Origin: Hyaloraphidium curvatum SAG 235-1
Taxonomy: Eukaryota; Fungi; Monoblepharomycota
Reading direction: 5' to 3'
Length of the DNA: 64,000 nucleotides
NCBI GenBank assembly: GCA_025558095.1
Contig: JAIVFI010000002.1
Span: 744,001 to 808,000, forward strand
Part shown: one piece after another, positions 49,915-61,900 of the stretch
How positions within the stretch are numbered: position 1 is the first letter of the stretch
Layout of the letters: the number at the start of each line of letters is the position of its first letter
The notes under the pieces: generated by a model
Database searches by the model: none
Told to the model about the DNA's origin: nothing
Seen by the model: the letters and a program-made list of their open reading frames with translations, nothing else
Made by a program: the position numbers and the translations under genes

Positions 49915-50348
49915 ATGGACGAGTATAGAGAGTCGCGCAATGCCAGCCTGGACTCGATCCTGACGGAGCTGAGCGAAGGGCTCGCTCTCATCGTGCGGTC
50001 CGCGTCGGTCGAGTCGAAGGACCGGTACCGGCTGGCCTACGAGAAATACCAGGTGGACGCATGGAGCGCGACCATGGTAGGCCGTCTTTCGCGACCGGGA
50101 TGGTGCTCTGTTGCCGACCGCTAATCAAAGGCACCTTTCCCCAGGTCCGAAGCGTCCAGCAGATGCTGAGCATTGTCGCGGAGCTGAAGAGAGCCCTCCT
50201 TCTCAACGACTTTCCCTCCATGATCGAAAACACGCGGGACAGGCTCCGGACTCTGGAAGAGGTGAAGCGCAGCTTCAATCTACGCCGACTGCAGGAAGAG
50301 CTGGAGGAGGCAGTGTCGGAGATTGCTCTGGAGCTGAACCGGGCATGA
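49915..50348 (+). CDS. MED22: Mediator subunit 22
   Basis: ATMVRSVQQMLSIVAELKRALLLNDF. Confidence 0.8.
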
Positions 50349-50441
50349 CGACGAGACTGTTGTTTGAACGCATGGGTTCACAGAGGCACATGGAATGCCT
50401 CTATTGATTTTGGCGGTGACTGCCCTTGCCTTCCTGCGGCA

Positions 50442-51351
50442 CTATGCGCGAGTGAGCGCCATTTGCAACGTCCGCTGCAGGGCAGCGACCAGGGCGAGGA
50501 CGACCCTCCAGATCTGTTTCCGCAGCAGGATGGATAGAAGGGCAACGGTCCCGGCGGAAGCCATCACGGCCACGCTAACAGGCGGGCCCTCCGATCGGCC
50601 AGTGTCCGGATCCTGTCCTCTCCGACTCGTTGCCGGCATCGGCACTTTCGCGGGCCGTGCGATCGCCCGCGTCCCCGACGCTGCAATGCCGGTGCTTCGA
50701 CCGCTCCGCTCATTTGCTGGTTGCTCCTGCGCCGCCTTGGCAGTGGCGGTAAGTTCCCGGCTCGGACTTGGGTCGGCGACGGGCTGATCTCCCTTCCCAG
50801 TGAGCTTCCGCAGCAGCTGGAAGGCAATGGGCATTAAATGCTCGTCCCAAGCGTTTCAATGGCTTCCACCATACCCGCTTCTTGTCCTGATCCACCAAGG
50901 CGACTTCGAGGAACCCGTCGACGTCCTGTCCCCGTTCCCCGGGAGCGAGGACGTACGCCTCGACAAGACACTCGTAGAGCCTGCTCTCTGGTTCGGCACG
51001 ATCGGCCACCCGGTCGAAAAAGGCGGGCGACTGCGCGGCCAGGTAGTTCTTGATGAGCCGCCGCCGGGTCGCGGGGGACAGTGCCGGCAGGAGAAACTGG
51101 ATTTCGTCGAATGCCAGCCCTTTCGGCTGCTGCACGACGCCGGAAAGCAGCTTGTCGACTTCCTCATGGTCCAGATTCGCCCGCGCCAGGGCTTGCCAGC
51201 GGAGCTTCCGCAGTTTCGACGCGAGCCGTTGGTCGACGGCGAGTTGCCCTCCCCGCTCCAGCTCCGCCGGCGATGTCAAATCAACAAGGTCCCTGAATCG
51301 TCCCATTACATACAGCCGTCGGGCCTTCGTAAACACGTTTCGGAGGTCCAT
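50442..51351 (-). CDS. Tail-anchored protein, possibly Pex26-like
   Basis: ARRLYVMGRF, LYECLVEAYVL, C-terminal TM followed by basic residues and LQRTLQMAL. Confidence 0.4.
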
Positions 51352-51593
51352 CGTGTTGTCAACGAGTTTTGAAGGCAATCAACGCTCGTACGCGGCTGCG
51401 CTCGTCGGCTCTGTCATGCACCGATCAGCACACCCCAGAGCACGCAACTGAACAGTTACCCGTGCACCAGGCGCAAACAGGGGTGGAGCACCCGTGCGTT
51501 AGCAGTTGCGACGCTCGCAGCGCGTGCACGCGGCGGGAGGCGGCCAAACAACGGGATTTGTGACTTCCGGCTGTCTCTGGGAGCCCTGCCACG

Positions 51594-54500
51594 ATGCAGA
51601 CGGCAATCCAAAGGCTGGCTGCCCAGATGCAGCGGTCGAAAATTTTCGTATCGAGTGTCCCTCGGAAGGGCGAGAACTTCGAGTTAAAGTCGGAGCTGAA
51701 CAGCGAGTACAGAGACCGGCGGAAGGACGCTGTGAAGCGGGTCATTGCCAACATGACCGTTGGGAAGGACGTTTCGAGCCTGTTCGCGGACGTGGTCAAG
51801 AACATGCAGACGGACGACATCGAGCTGAAGAAGCTGGTCTATCTGTACCTGATCAACTACGCCAAGAGCCAGCCCGAGCTCGTCATCCTCGCAGTCAATA
51901 CGTTCGTCAAGGTCGGACGTTGCGGCACAGGGGCCTGCAACCTTCATTTGACATGACTTCAAACAGGACACGGACGATAACAACCCGCTGATACGGGCTC
52001 TGGCGATTCGGACCATGGGCTGCCTCCGGGTCGAAAAGATAATCGACTACCTCTGCGAACCGCTCCGGAAGGGCTTACGGGTCGGTCTGCTTTTCGCAAT
52101 GTGGTCTGGTTTCGCTCACAAGCGGCACCCATCGGTCAGGATGAGAACCCCTACGTCCGAAAGACCGCCGCCCTGTGCGTTGCCAAGTTGTATGATCTGA
52201 CGCCTCAGCTGGCCATCGACAATGGCTTTGTTGCCACGTTGCAGGACCTCCTCTCGGATCCGAACCCCATGGTGCGCTGATGCAGGCGGCCTTAACTTCA
52301 ACGCTGGGCTCACCCCTCACCAGGTCATCGCGAACGCTGTTGCGGCCCTCACCGAGATCAACGAGCTGACGCCAGACGCGGACGTGTTCATCGTGAACAC
52401 CGTTGTTCTCACAAAACTGCTGACGGCGCTCAACGACTGCACGGAGTATGTCGCGCCGCGTGATCGCCGTGCGCTGTCGCTGACTGCCCTCCAGATGGGG
52501 TCAGATCTGCATCCTCAACACCCTGGCCGAGTACGTCCCCGTGGACTCGAAGGAAGCCGAGAACGTCGTGGAAAAGGTCATGCCGCGCCTGCAGCATGCC
52601 AATGCCAGCGTTGTCCTGTCTGCCGTGCGGGTAAGTCGACTTGGCTGGTCCTCGGCCGCGATCTTGGCTAAGCTCCGGCGTAACAGGTCTTGATGGTCTA
52701 TTTCAAATACGTTCATTCCGACGAGGTCGTCAAGCAGATGTCGCGCAAGCTGACCCCGCCTCTCGGTGAGCAAGCATCTCCCGGTCTCCTTTATCGTCCC
52801 TAACTGCCTGGCAGTCACCCTCCTGTCGTCTGAGCCCGAAATGCAATACGTTGCCCTGCGCAACATTAACCTCATCCTCCAGCGGCGACCGGAGGTTCTG
52901 ACACAGGACATGCGGGTGTTCTTTTGCAAGTACAACGACCCGCAGTACGTCAAGCTCGAAAAGCTGGACATCATGGTCAAGCTCACGTCGGAGAAGAACG
53001 TGGAGCAGGTGCTCTCCGAGCTCAAGGAGTGGGTGCGGCGGCTGCTTAGCGTTTTCGCATGCTGAGCCTGGTCGCCTAGGTACGCCAACGAGGTTGACGT
53101 GGACTTTGTGCGGCGGTCGATCGCCGCCATCGGCCGGTGTGCCATCAAGATTCCGAGCGCGGCAGAGAGGGCCGTCGAGGTGCTCTTGGAGCTGATTCGC
53201 ACCAAAGTGAACTACGTGGTTCAGGAGTCGGTGGTCGCCCTCAAGGTTCTGCGGCCAACGTCGCGGGGTCGATTCGTCCTAAGTCATCTTTCGCAGGACA
53301 TCTTCCGAAAGTACCCTCACTCCTACGAGACCGTCATACCGGCGCTGTGCGAGAACATGGACGCGCTTGACGAGCCGCAGTCCAAGGCGGCAATGATCTG
53401 GATGATTGGGGAATACGCCGAGCTGGTCGAAAACGCGCAGGGCCTTCTCAACGGTTTCCTACACAATTTTAGGGAGGAGAGTCCCCAGGTAGATGGCTGC
53501 CGGGGATGACGCAGACATTCGCTGACTTGTCTTGCACCACAGGTTCAGCTTCAGCTTCTGACGGCGGTTGTGAAGCTCTTCCTCAAGAAACCCTCACAAA
53601 CCCAGGACACTGTGCAGTCCGTACTCCAGACTGCGTCGCAGGTCCTGGAGAACCCCGACCTGCGCGATCGGTCGTACATCTACTGGAGACTGCTGTCAAC
53701 GAACCCCCAGGCCGCCAAGGTGAGGACAGGTGCCCTCATCCCATTGTCTGCCTAAACAGCTGCCCTGCGGAAGGCGGTCGTCCTGTCGGAGAAACCGCCG
53801 ATTGAGAGCGAGTCGGCGCCGCTCGGTGACGGTCTCCTGGGCGACCTCATCGCCAGCATAGGCTCGGTGGCGTCGGTTTACCACAAGCCGCCGGCACTGA
53901 TGGGCGGTGGGACTGGCGGGTCGATCCGTGGTGTCGCAGGGTGCGTTTCTATTACCGCAGATTGGAGGCTTTCTCACCTTTGTGCTTTTCCTCACAGAGG
54001 GATGAGCCACGGTGGGGACGACCTGATGGGTTCCGCGTCGAAGGACGAGAATCTTTTGGACCTGGACGGGGACGAGCCGCTATCGTCAATGTCCCAGGGC
54101 CCGGCACCACCGAGCCCAGGTAAACCGCAGAAGGCGGGCATCGACGATCTTCTCGACATTCTTGGCGATGGAGGCAGCAGCGCGTACGGCAGCAGCTCAG
54201 GGCCTGCAGCCTTTGCAGCCTCGCCTCCTCAGCCATCCCGAGCGTTGCTACTGGCGGCGGGTAGGTTTTGCGCGACTGGCGACTGCTTGCGGGTCTGAAG
54301 CCCGTCGACCCAGCAATTGGGAAGGGGCTCGAGATTTCCGGCCTTTTGCGACCCAGCCCCCTTGCCTTCGAGTTGACTTTCTCGAACCGCGGGCCTGTTC
54401 CGTTGTCTGATTTTGCCATCCAGTTCAACAAGAACACGTGGGTCTCTGGCGACTGCTCATTTTAGCTCTCGCCGACGTCGCTGTTTTGCAGATACGGACT

Positions 54501-54678
54501 GACGCCCGCGGCGCCGCTGCGGGTTGCGTCCCCACTTGCCCCGGGTCAATCCTACACGGCGACCCTGCCCATGGCCCGGACAGGGCCGGTGCAGCAGATG
54601 AATCCCCCGAACTTGCTGCAGATCGCGGTGAAGGACAATGCTGGCGTGTTTTATTTCGATTATCAGGTGCCGTTCTAG
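51594..54678 (+). CDS. APL2: AP complex beta-adaptin (AP-1/2 beta; most like AP-1 beta)
   Basis: [72 protein letters not shown], clathrin box LLDLD, ear FAIQFNKN. Confidence 0.92.
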
Positions 54679-54771
54679 CTGTAGAGCGTGATCTGGTGAT
54701 AAGGGAACGGGCGGGGTGAGGACACGGGCACCTCCCCTTTCATCCTCGAATTTCCACCGCGCGCCGCAGCC

Positions 54772-57329
54772 ATGCTGACTGCGCAGCCGGCCGCACGGCG
54801 ACCGGAGCAAAATGCGGGCTCGTCCGTGGAGGAGGACAAGATCCGGCGGAGGAGGTCCATGGCCGACGAGCGGAAACGCCGGAGGTGGCTGCCGCGGGCG
54901 TTCGCCGACCCCCCACCCTAACCGACGGCCGCGGACCCGGCCGCAAATGAAGGTCGACACTACCTGGACGCCTGCCAATGGACGAGGACGGCGAGGGTGG
55001 CGGCGCAAGCGGCCAGCCGAAGACTCCGGGCTCCATCTCAAAGCTCCTGTCCCCCGAGGTGACCACGACGCGGACGAGTCGCACGCTGCAGCTGAGCTGG
55101 CAAACCCCAGGAAATGGGCCGGAAGTTCGAAGAGTGGATGAAGATTGCCGCGGACAACGTATGTCGCCGGAGCTTCGCCGGCCGGCGCATTCTCAAGTGC
55201 CCCGCTGCCCAGAAAATCAACGCGGCCAACAGCTGGAACCTCGCCCTGATCGACTACTTTTACGACATGAACATTTTGCGGGAGGGCGATTCAATCAACT
55301 TCCAGAAGGCGTCGTGCACGCTGGACGGTTGCGTCAAGATCTACACCTCGCGCGTTGACTCGGTCGCCACGGAAACCGGCAAGCTCCTCAGCGGGCTCGC
55401 GGACAGCGCAGCCGACGACGGCAACCGGGACGGGGACGGGGAGGGGGACGGCGAGGAGGCGGCCGCGCCAAAGAAGAAGGTTCGGCATGTTTGCGCACCG
55501 TGGGAATGCTCGAGCTGAAGTCCATCTCGCAGATATCTCGCACGGTCAAGACTCTGCTGGAAGATTTCACGTCCCTCAACACCAAAAAGTTCGACCTTGA
55601 CTTCACAGTGGATCCGCTCTTCAAGAAGACGTGCGCCGACTTTGACGAAGGGGGTGCCCGCGGCCTCTTGCTCAACCACTTGTCGATATCCAACCACGGG
55701 ATGATCATTTTTGATGCCGGTGACGCCGTGGCGAACCACGAAGATGACGACGAGGAGTTGGAGGCCGCCGACGAAGAGAATATCGATCTCGGGAAGCTGC
55801 TCGGTAATTGCGCCTTTGCAAATATTACCGCCTGCCTAATTACGATTACTGTGTTGCGTAGACAAGTTTCCGATGGGAGGGCGTGACCTTGTCTCCCGCC
55901 GCATTTGCCCTTCCCTGGAATCCTTCAGCTTCGAGAGCGGGACATACGACCCCATCTTCCAAGCCGCTTCCAACGCCTTCGACCCCGCAGCGGACCATGC
56001 CCTCGACGACGTGATGGATCTTGATCCGGGGTTGTTGGAGGACGACATGGACATGGTGTCGGACGGCCCCGAAGACTATGACGGCGGCGCACCCGATGAT
56101 TACGGGCACCGTGAAGAAGCGCTTCTTCCCGTTGGAGGCGCGGAAGCTGCATGGACCGACGCTCTGGAAGCCCCCTTTTTCGACGAAAAAGCACTCCGAA
56201 ATTGGGCCGGACCGGAGCACTGGAGGCTGCGCCCGCTGAAAGGCACGTTCAGATCTCATGGATCCTTTGCGACTGTTGACGCAGCACCGTGACCAGCACC
56301 CCCACGGCCCGCGGACCACGAGTCGAAGAGACGAGAGAAGAAGGAATTCCTGATCAACTTTCTGGAAGATGCACCCGCGGACGTCGCGGTGCTCTTTGCC
56401 CCGGCGTCGTCCATTCCCACACTTCCGCGAGAAGCAGGGAAGAAGCCACAGGACCGGCATTTGCTACCCGAAGATCTGCACTTTTCGGCTTCGGACTTGT
56501 TCACCCTTTTCGTGAGACCACACGTCAAGGTGATGGAGCATGAGAGTTCCCGTGTGCGCTGCTCATGCCGTCCGGGGCTTTCTGAAGGTCAACGTCTCTG
56601 GAAGGGCGCAGCCGGGCAACGCAGGCCGCAGGCTAGGTAAGGCTTCCCGGGAGCATCCTTTCTCGAAGGCTAACATACTGCAGCCGTATTCGCCGGGGGC
56701 ACACCAGCCGGTGAGCAAGGCTCGGTTGAGGATACCAGTGAGATCACTGCTCCGTCCTGTGGTCCCTGGCTGTTGGATAACTTTCCTTGGCCAACCAGCT
56801 TTCGTCGGTGCAGCGGACTCGTCCTCGTATTTCTACAACGATGCGGACGACGAGGAGTTTGGTTTGGACGGCGACGACGGGGATGCACCTGACCAGGGGA
56901 TGCCGTTCGACGTCGGCGGTGGCGAGGGTCAGGGCGAACAGGGAGAAGCCGGAGACAACTACGGAGACGACCTGGTTGCAAAGCCAAAGCTGACCAGCCG
57001 GATACAAATCAGCTACGCCAAGACGGCCAAACGCGTGGACGTCAAGAAGCTGAAAGACAACATATGGGCATCGTTGGCGCAGCAGCCTGAGGAGCAAAAT
57101 GTGCGAGGGATGCGGCTGCTCGCGGCGCTCGCCACTAACAGAATCGCTTCCTCAGCACGAGCTCACGCTTTCTTCCACGATGGAGGCCCTCCGTCCGATG
57201 TACCCGGATCGGAAGCTCAAGGACATTTCGGTGGCATTCTGCTTCATATGCATCCTGCACTTGGCAAACGAAAAGGACTTGCGCATCTCCGACGATGGAA
57301 CTCTATCAGATCTAAGAATCGCCATGTGA
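54772..57329 (+). CDS. BRN1: Condensin kleisin subunit Brn1/CAP-H
   Basis: FEEWMKIAADNKINAANSWNLALIDYF..NFQKASCTLDGCVKIYTSRVD, VDPLFKKT.ADFDEGGA, WAGPEHW, YAKTAKRVDVKKLK, FICILHLANE. Confidence 0.96.
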
Positions 57330-57340
57330 CCGCTTTCCTG

Positions 57341-58820
57341 CTAGTTTGCGTCCGCGTTTTGGGCGGCCGACCATTTGGGCTTTGCATTGCCGGGTCGCCG
57401 ACTGATCTTGCGCGCGCGCAAGTCGAGGTGCCTCTCGATGTCTGTAAGGCCGACGCCGGCCTTGACGCACTTGGTCAAAGCGAAGTAGATGAGATCGGCC
57501 GCCTCCCATGCGACCTCGTCCTGGTCCTTTGCTTCGCAGAGCTCCTCGGCTTCCTCCATAATTTTGGAGTTGAGCAACGCATCGTCCTCAAAGAGTCGGC
57601 GGGTGTACGATCCGGATGGGGCAGACGCTTTGCGCGACTGAAGAACGGCCGCGAGGGCGGTCAGACCCTTGTCCGGCCCGAAGCAAGTCCGGGTGTTCAG
57701 GTGGCAGTACCCTACGCGAGAATGGCGTCAACTAGTGCCGGTAGGAGGCGCCGATCCGCCTACCAGGATCGTTCTGATGAACGGTGAATCGCAGCGCGTC
57801 CTTGTCACAATCCACCTCCACACGCAAAAGAACTTGGGTCGCGCCCGAAGTGAGTCCTTTGTACCAAAGGCCGCGTGAACGAGAGTGATAGACCCCCTGC
57901 CGGGTTCTGATTGCCTCACGAATGCTCTCATGCGATGAATAAGCCAATCCGAGGGCCACACCCTGTTCATCCACGACGACCGTGGCAAAGAGGCCGTCGG
58001 AACGGTCCGTAACGAGGCAAGCGACGAACGCGTCGGTGAGGTTCACCGCCTTGGCTCCGCCCGCAGCGCCCGCGTCGGCGACACCGCCCTTCACGTTCCT
58101 AAACTCTATACCAGTGCTCTCTGCGATCAGAGCGACGTCCATTTTCTCCAGCTTGACGACGACCGAGGTGGAAATCCTCGTCTTGGGCAAACTCATGGCG
58201 AGGCGGCGGGGGCGCCCAGATTGGGCCAAGACGCCGAGCTGGCGTATCGCCGACGTCGCCAGGTCCCGCACAAAAGACGCCTTCGGAGACGGCTCATCAA
58301 GCCCGCTGTCCACGACCGACACCTCTCCGAGGACAGTGACGATGTACCAACCAACCGCGGAGTTGAGTCCTTTCATCGTTTCGACCGTGTCGTTGCTGTT
58401 CAGATCAGGCACCGTCAACGCGGCCCCAACGCGATCTGCCGGTATTCCGGACACAATGGCCTTGAAATCGGCCGTTCCAGTGCCATCGAGGGCCAAGACG
58501 ACCGCCAAAGCGCCCCTGTCGAGGATTGACGTGACCGAGCCCCGGATGCGCTCGACGGAGCCCTCCGCCCGCACGTCATCCGTCAGCTGAAAGACAACGT
58601 TCTGGATCCCGTCCCTCGGTATAATCTCAAAGACATTCATGGCATCGTCTGCAGCCGCAGACACGATGATGGGCCCGAGGATGAGTGCGGTCTGGATGTC
58701 CTGCTGAAGAGACACCAGGCCCGCTTTCGACCCGGGCCCCGACGTGGGAGGATCATCGCCTTCCACCGACGCGAACGTCTCGAGCGCGAGGCCCTGAAAG
58801 TCAAAGCGCGGGAGGAGCAT
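57341..58820 (-). CDS. Bifunctional PR-AMP cyclohydrolase / PR-ATP pyrophosphatase (HisI-HisE) with His4-type N-extension; no HisD domain
   Basis: TDRSDGLFATVV, LGLAYSS, YHSRSRGLWYKG.TSG, DCDKDAL, CHLNTRTC, GSYTRRL, KIMEEAEEL, EAADL.YF, RRPGNAKP, then stop. Confidence 0.9.
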
Positions 58821-58927
58821 GGCGAGAAAGCGTTTCTGTTCGACGACCCGATCGTTATTCACTGTGGCAGCCGCGATCGACGCCGCCGCGCCCAAATCCG
58901 CGACTCGGGCTTGCTGCTCGCGCCCGG

Positions 58928-61900
58928 ATGTCGCTGAAGACGCTCGAGGTCGATCTTCTCGCGTCTCTTGCGTGGTGCTACCTCGATGCGGGAGATTCGG
59001 AGGCCGAAGAGCGCGTCGCGCCTCCATTAGCCCCGGACACGGATCGGTCATCTTCGAGCGCGGTTAGATCTCTGCTAAGAGACGATTTCCCTCTGCTCGG
59101 CTTACTTCTTGCTGCTTTTGCGTCTAGACGCAACGGGAACTGGCTCGCCTCGTTTCGCAGGCTGCTGGAGGGACTGCTGCTGTCCCCCCACAGGACCTGG
59201 TCACCTTCCTCCGGCACTTGCAGCGGACAGACGTGTGGCAAGGTTGGAGGGACAACATTGCGATGGATAATACTTCCCTAAACATTTCTTCGCAGAGTCG
59301 ATTGACTCTCGGGACTGTGCTTTCACCGCCACCGCAGCCGTGTTGTCCTCCAGTGGGAGCGACGGAAGGCGGGGCGAACACGGAAGAGTGCTCCTGACCC
59401 TGTTGACGGAAATTCTCGGCGATCTTCGAACGTCTCCCGGTAATTGCATGCCTGACTGGCTCTCGCTATGGGTCTCTTGACTCTGTTCCAGCGCAACGAC
59501 GTCGCGCCGTCCTTTTGCCAGTTTGGTTCGGGATTTGCAAAGCCGGCACAATCGCGACCACGATATGGACCGCGGACGCTGTTGCTGATGTGGCTGCCCT
59601 CCTGGCTGGCGCCCTGAACGAGGACACGGTGCGCACGATTGATGAATCGGAAGGGATCGATTCCGAGACGGAGCGGTCTCGATCGCTTCTGCTGTCATCT
59701 CCCGTTTTCGGACGCGAGCTTCTTGGACGTTTTCTTGAGAGCCTGTTTGCGTTAGCGCGCCGAGTGCTGCTTTCGATCTGTGCGGCCGGCAAAAGCCCTG
59801 CCACCGAGGCTTCAGACGACTTCGATCTTTGGGGAGCTCTCCCACGTCGCGCTGTTACGCCGGAAAGGAAGCTGGACGTCCAGATCAAGTTTCAAGAACC
59901 TGTTCTGGGCGCGACCCTGCGACTCTGTCAGGAATGGGTTCTACCGCTCAAGAACGAGCTGCGCGCTCGGTGTAGTCAGCAGCTGTCCGGTCATTCGAGC
60001 TTCCTCGAGTACGATGGAGCGCTGGCCGCGCTACTAGTACGGCCCTTCGTCGCGCACCCCTCACGATCTTTCTCATTCGCACGTGCGCAGCATACCGCGA
60101 CTCTGGCCGCTCAGATGTCTGGAGCGCCCGTCGAGGGACTAATGTCTGCCGTGGTCGAGACGTTGAATGACCAAGCCTTGGTTTCGCCAACCATGGTTGC
60201 AATCAAGACGTTCCATGCAGCGTTCGAAAGTGCAGGCATGCTTTCCTTGCTCTATCCGCAAGTGACGAAGCGCATGATGGACGCCATGCGAGAGTTTGCG
60301 GTCACGCCGTCGCCAGTCTTCGCCAGGACGGTGGATCGGACCATCATCGGGCTCTTGCGCCAGGGTTGCGCACGAAATACCTCCCTGGTTTTGAAGGTTG
60401 GCCAGAGTGATCACACGTTCGGCCGTTCTAACCGATTTGGCAACAGAACAAAGGTGATGCCAACTTCACCAAAGCGTTGGTGTATTCCCTCGTGCATATC
60501 CTTTACTCCAAGGAGGTGGAAGTCGGCATGACTGCCGATGCGGCGGATCCCAGGCGGATATCCTACGAGAACATCCTTGCAGTATTGACAGATGTGGCCT
60601 GCCGCACGCAGTCGAAGGAGGTCGGGCCATTGATGCCACGTCTGCTTCTTTGCTCGTACTGAGTGTGCCTTCCGCCCTAGACCATTGAGCTCGTCATATC
60701 GTCTATCTGCCGGAGATTGGATGCGTCCAGCGGGCCTCCCGATACCTTCGCTTTGTCCAAGCTCGCAGATGTAGCAGCGGCGACCAACTCTGTCGCAGCC
60801 GCAAAGAACATCGCCCTTCTCTTCACCTCGGTGCGGAAACGACACGACAGCGCCGACTTTCGCATTGACTTAGTGGTTTGTTTGAACCCCGCCATCAACT
60901 GGGAACCGTAGTCTAAAAGACGGCTTATCGCACAGATGTGCCGCTGCATGCTGACCATCGCTCGGCGTTGCAGTAGTCAGCACGAGATTGTCAGGACCAT
61001 GGTCGAGAAGGCTCTTGCTTTCTGTGTTGACCGCATTATGTCCCACACGAACCAGGACCGCAGGGCTACGCCAGTAAGGCCCTTTGCATGGCCAGTGCGA
61101 GGCTCGCCTGATTTGCATGCACAGGAGTTTGCTCGCGACTCGGATTTCGCTGCTCTTATTCGCCTCCTCGGCGATGTGTGCTCAGTTGCTCCGTTGAACC
61201 CGCTCCTTTGGCCCGCCGATCAAGTTTTGCTGTTTCGAGATTTTTGGCTCGCCATGGTGACGATAGGGCTCGGGCCACAGGGATCGTGGCCGCATGATTG
61301 GACGGAATCGCTTTTGTGCGTGGCCCGCGCCTCCCCTCCTCTGGTCGTGCAGGAAACCCTGACGAATTTGGAGACGGATTTGAGCTCCAATTCGGTTCTT
61401 CGGCGGAAGTTTTCGGAAAACGTGAGATTGGTGTGCTTACGTTCGGATCCACTGGCTGACACCACTCTGAAGGCAACATCTCGCCTTCGCTCTGCCCTGT
61501 CGACATCACTTCCATCGTGTGCGGCGCTCATCAAGCCCTTGGACGACCAGTTGATTGCTTTTGTGGCCGCTGCTGTGCAAGTGGAGTCCATGCGCATGCG
61601 CTATCCTGGATCTATCGAGCCACTTCTGAGATATGTGTCGAGTGTGGGAACGTTTGCACCCGCCACGGAGCCATTGGTGGAAACCGTGACACAACAGGTA
61701 GGGTAAATGATTGTTAACGCCGTAGCAATGTGAAACTGATTTTGGTGAGAAGATCCTCGCACTGTACGTAAAGCACAGATCGCAACCAGGAGCCGACTTG
61801 GACAGTGTGGAGCTGGAAAACGATGTGGAATGCTTGATTGTGGCATCCGCAAGCCGCTTGGGAAGAGTTCGCGACTGGGCTGGCAAAGCATTGGGCACGA

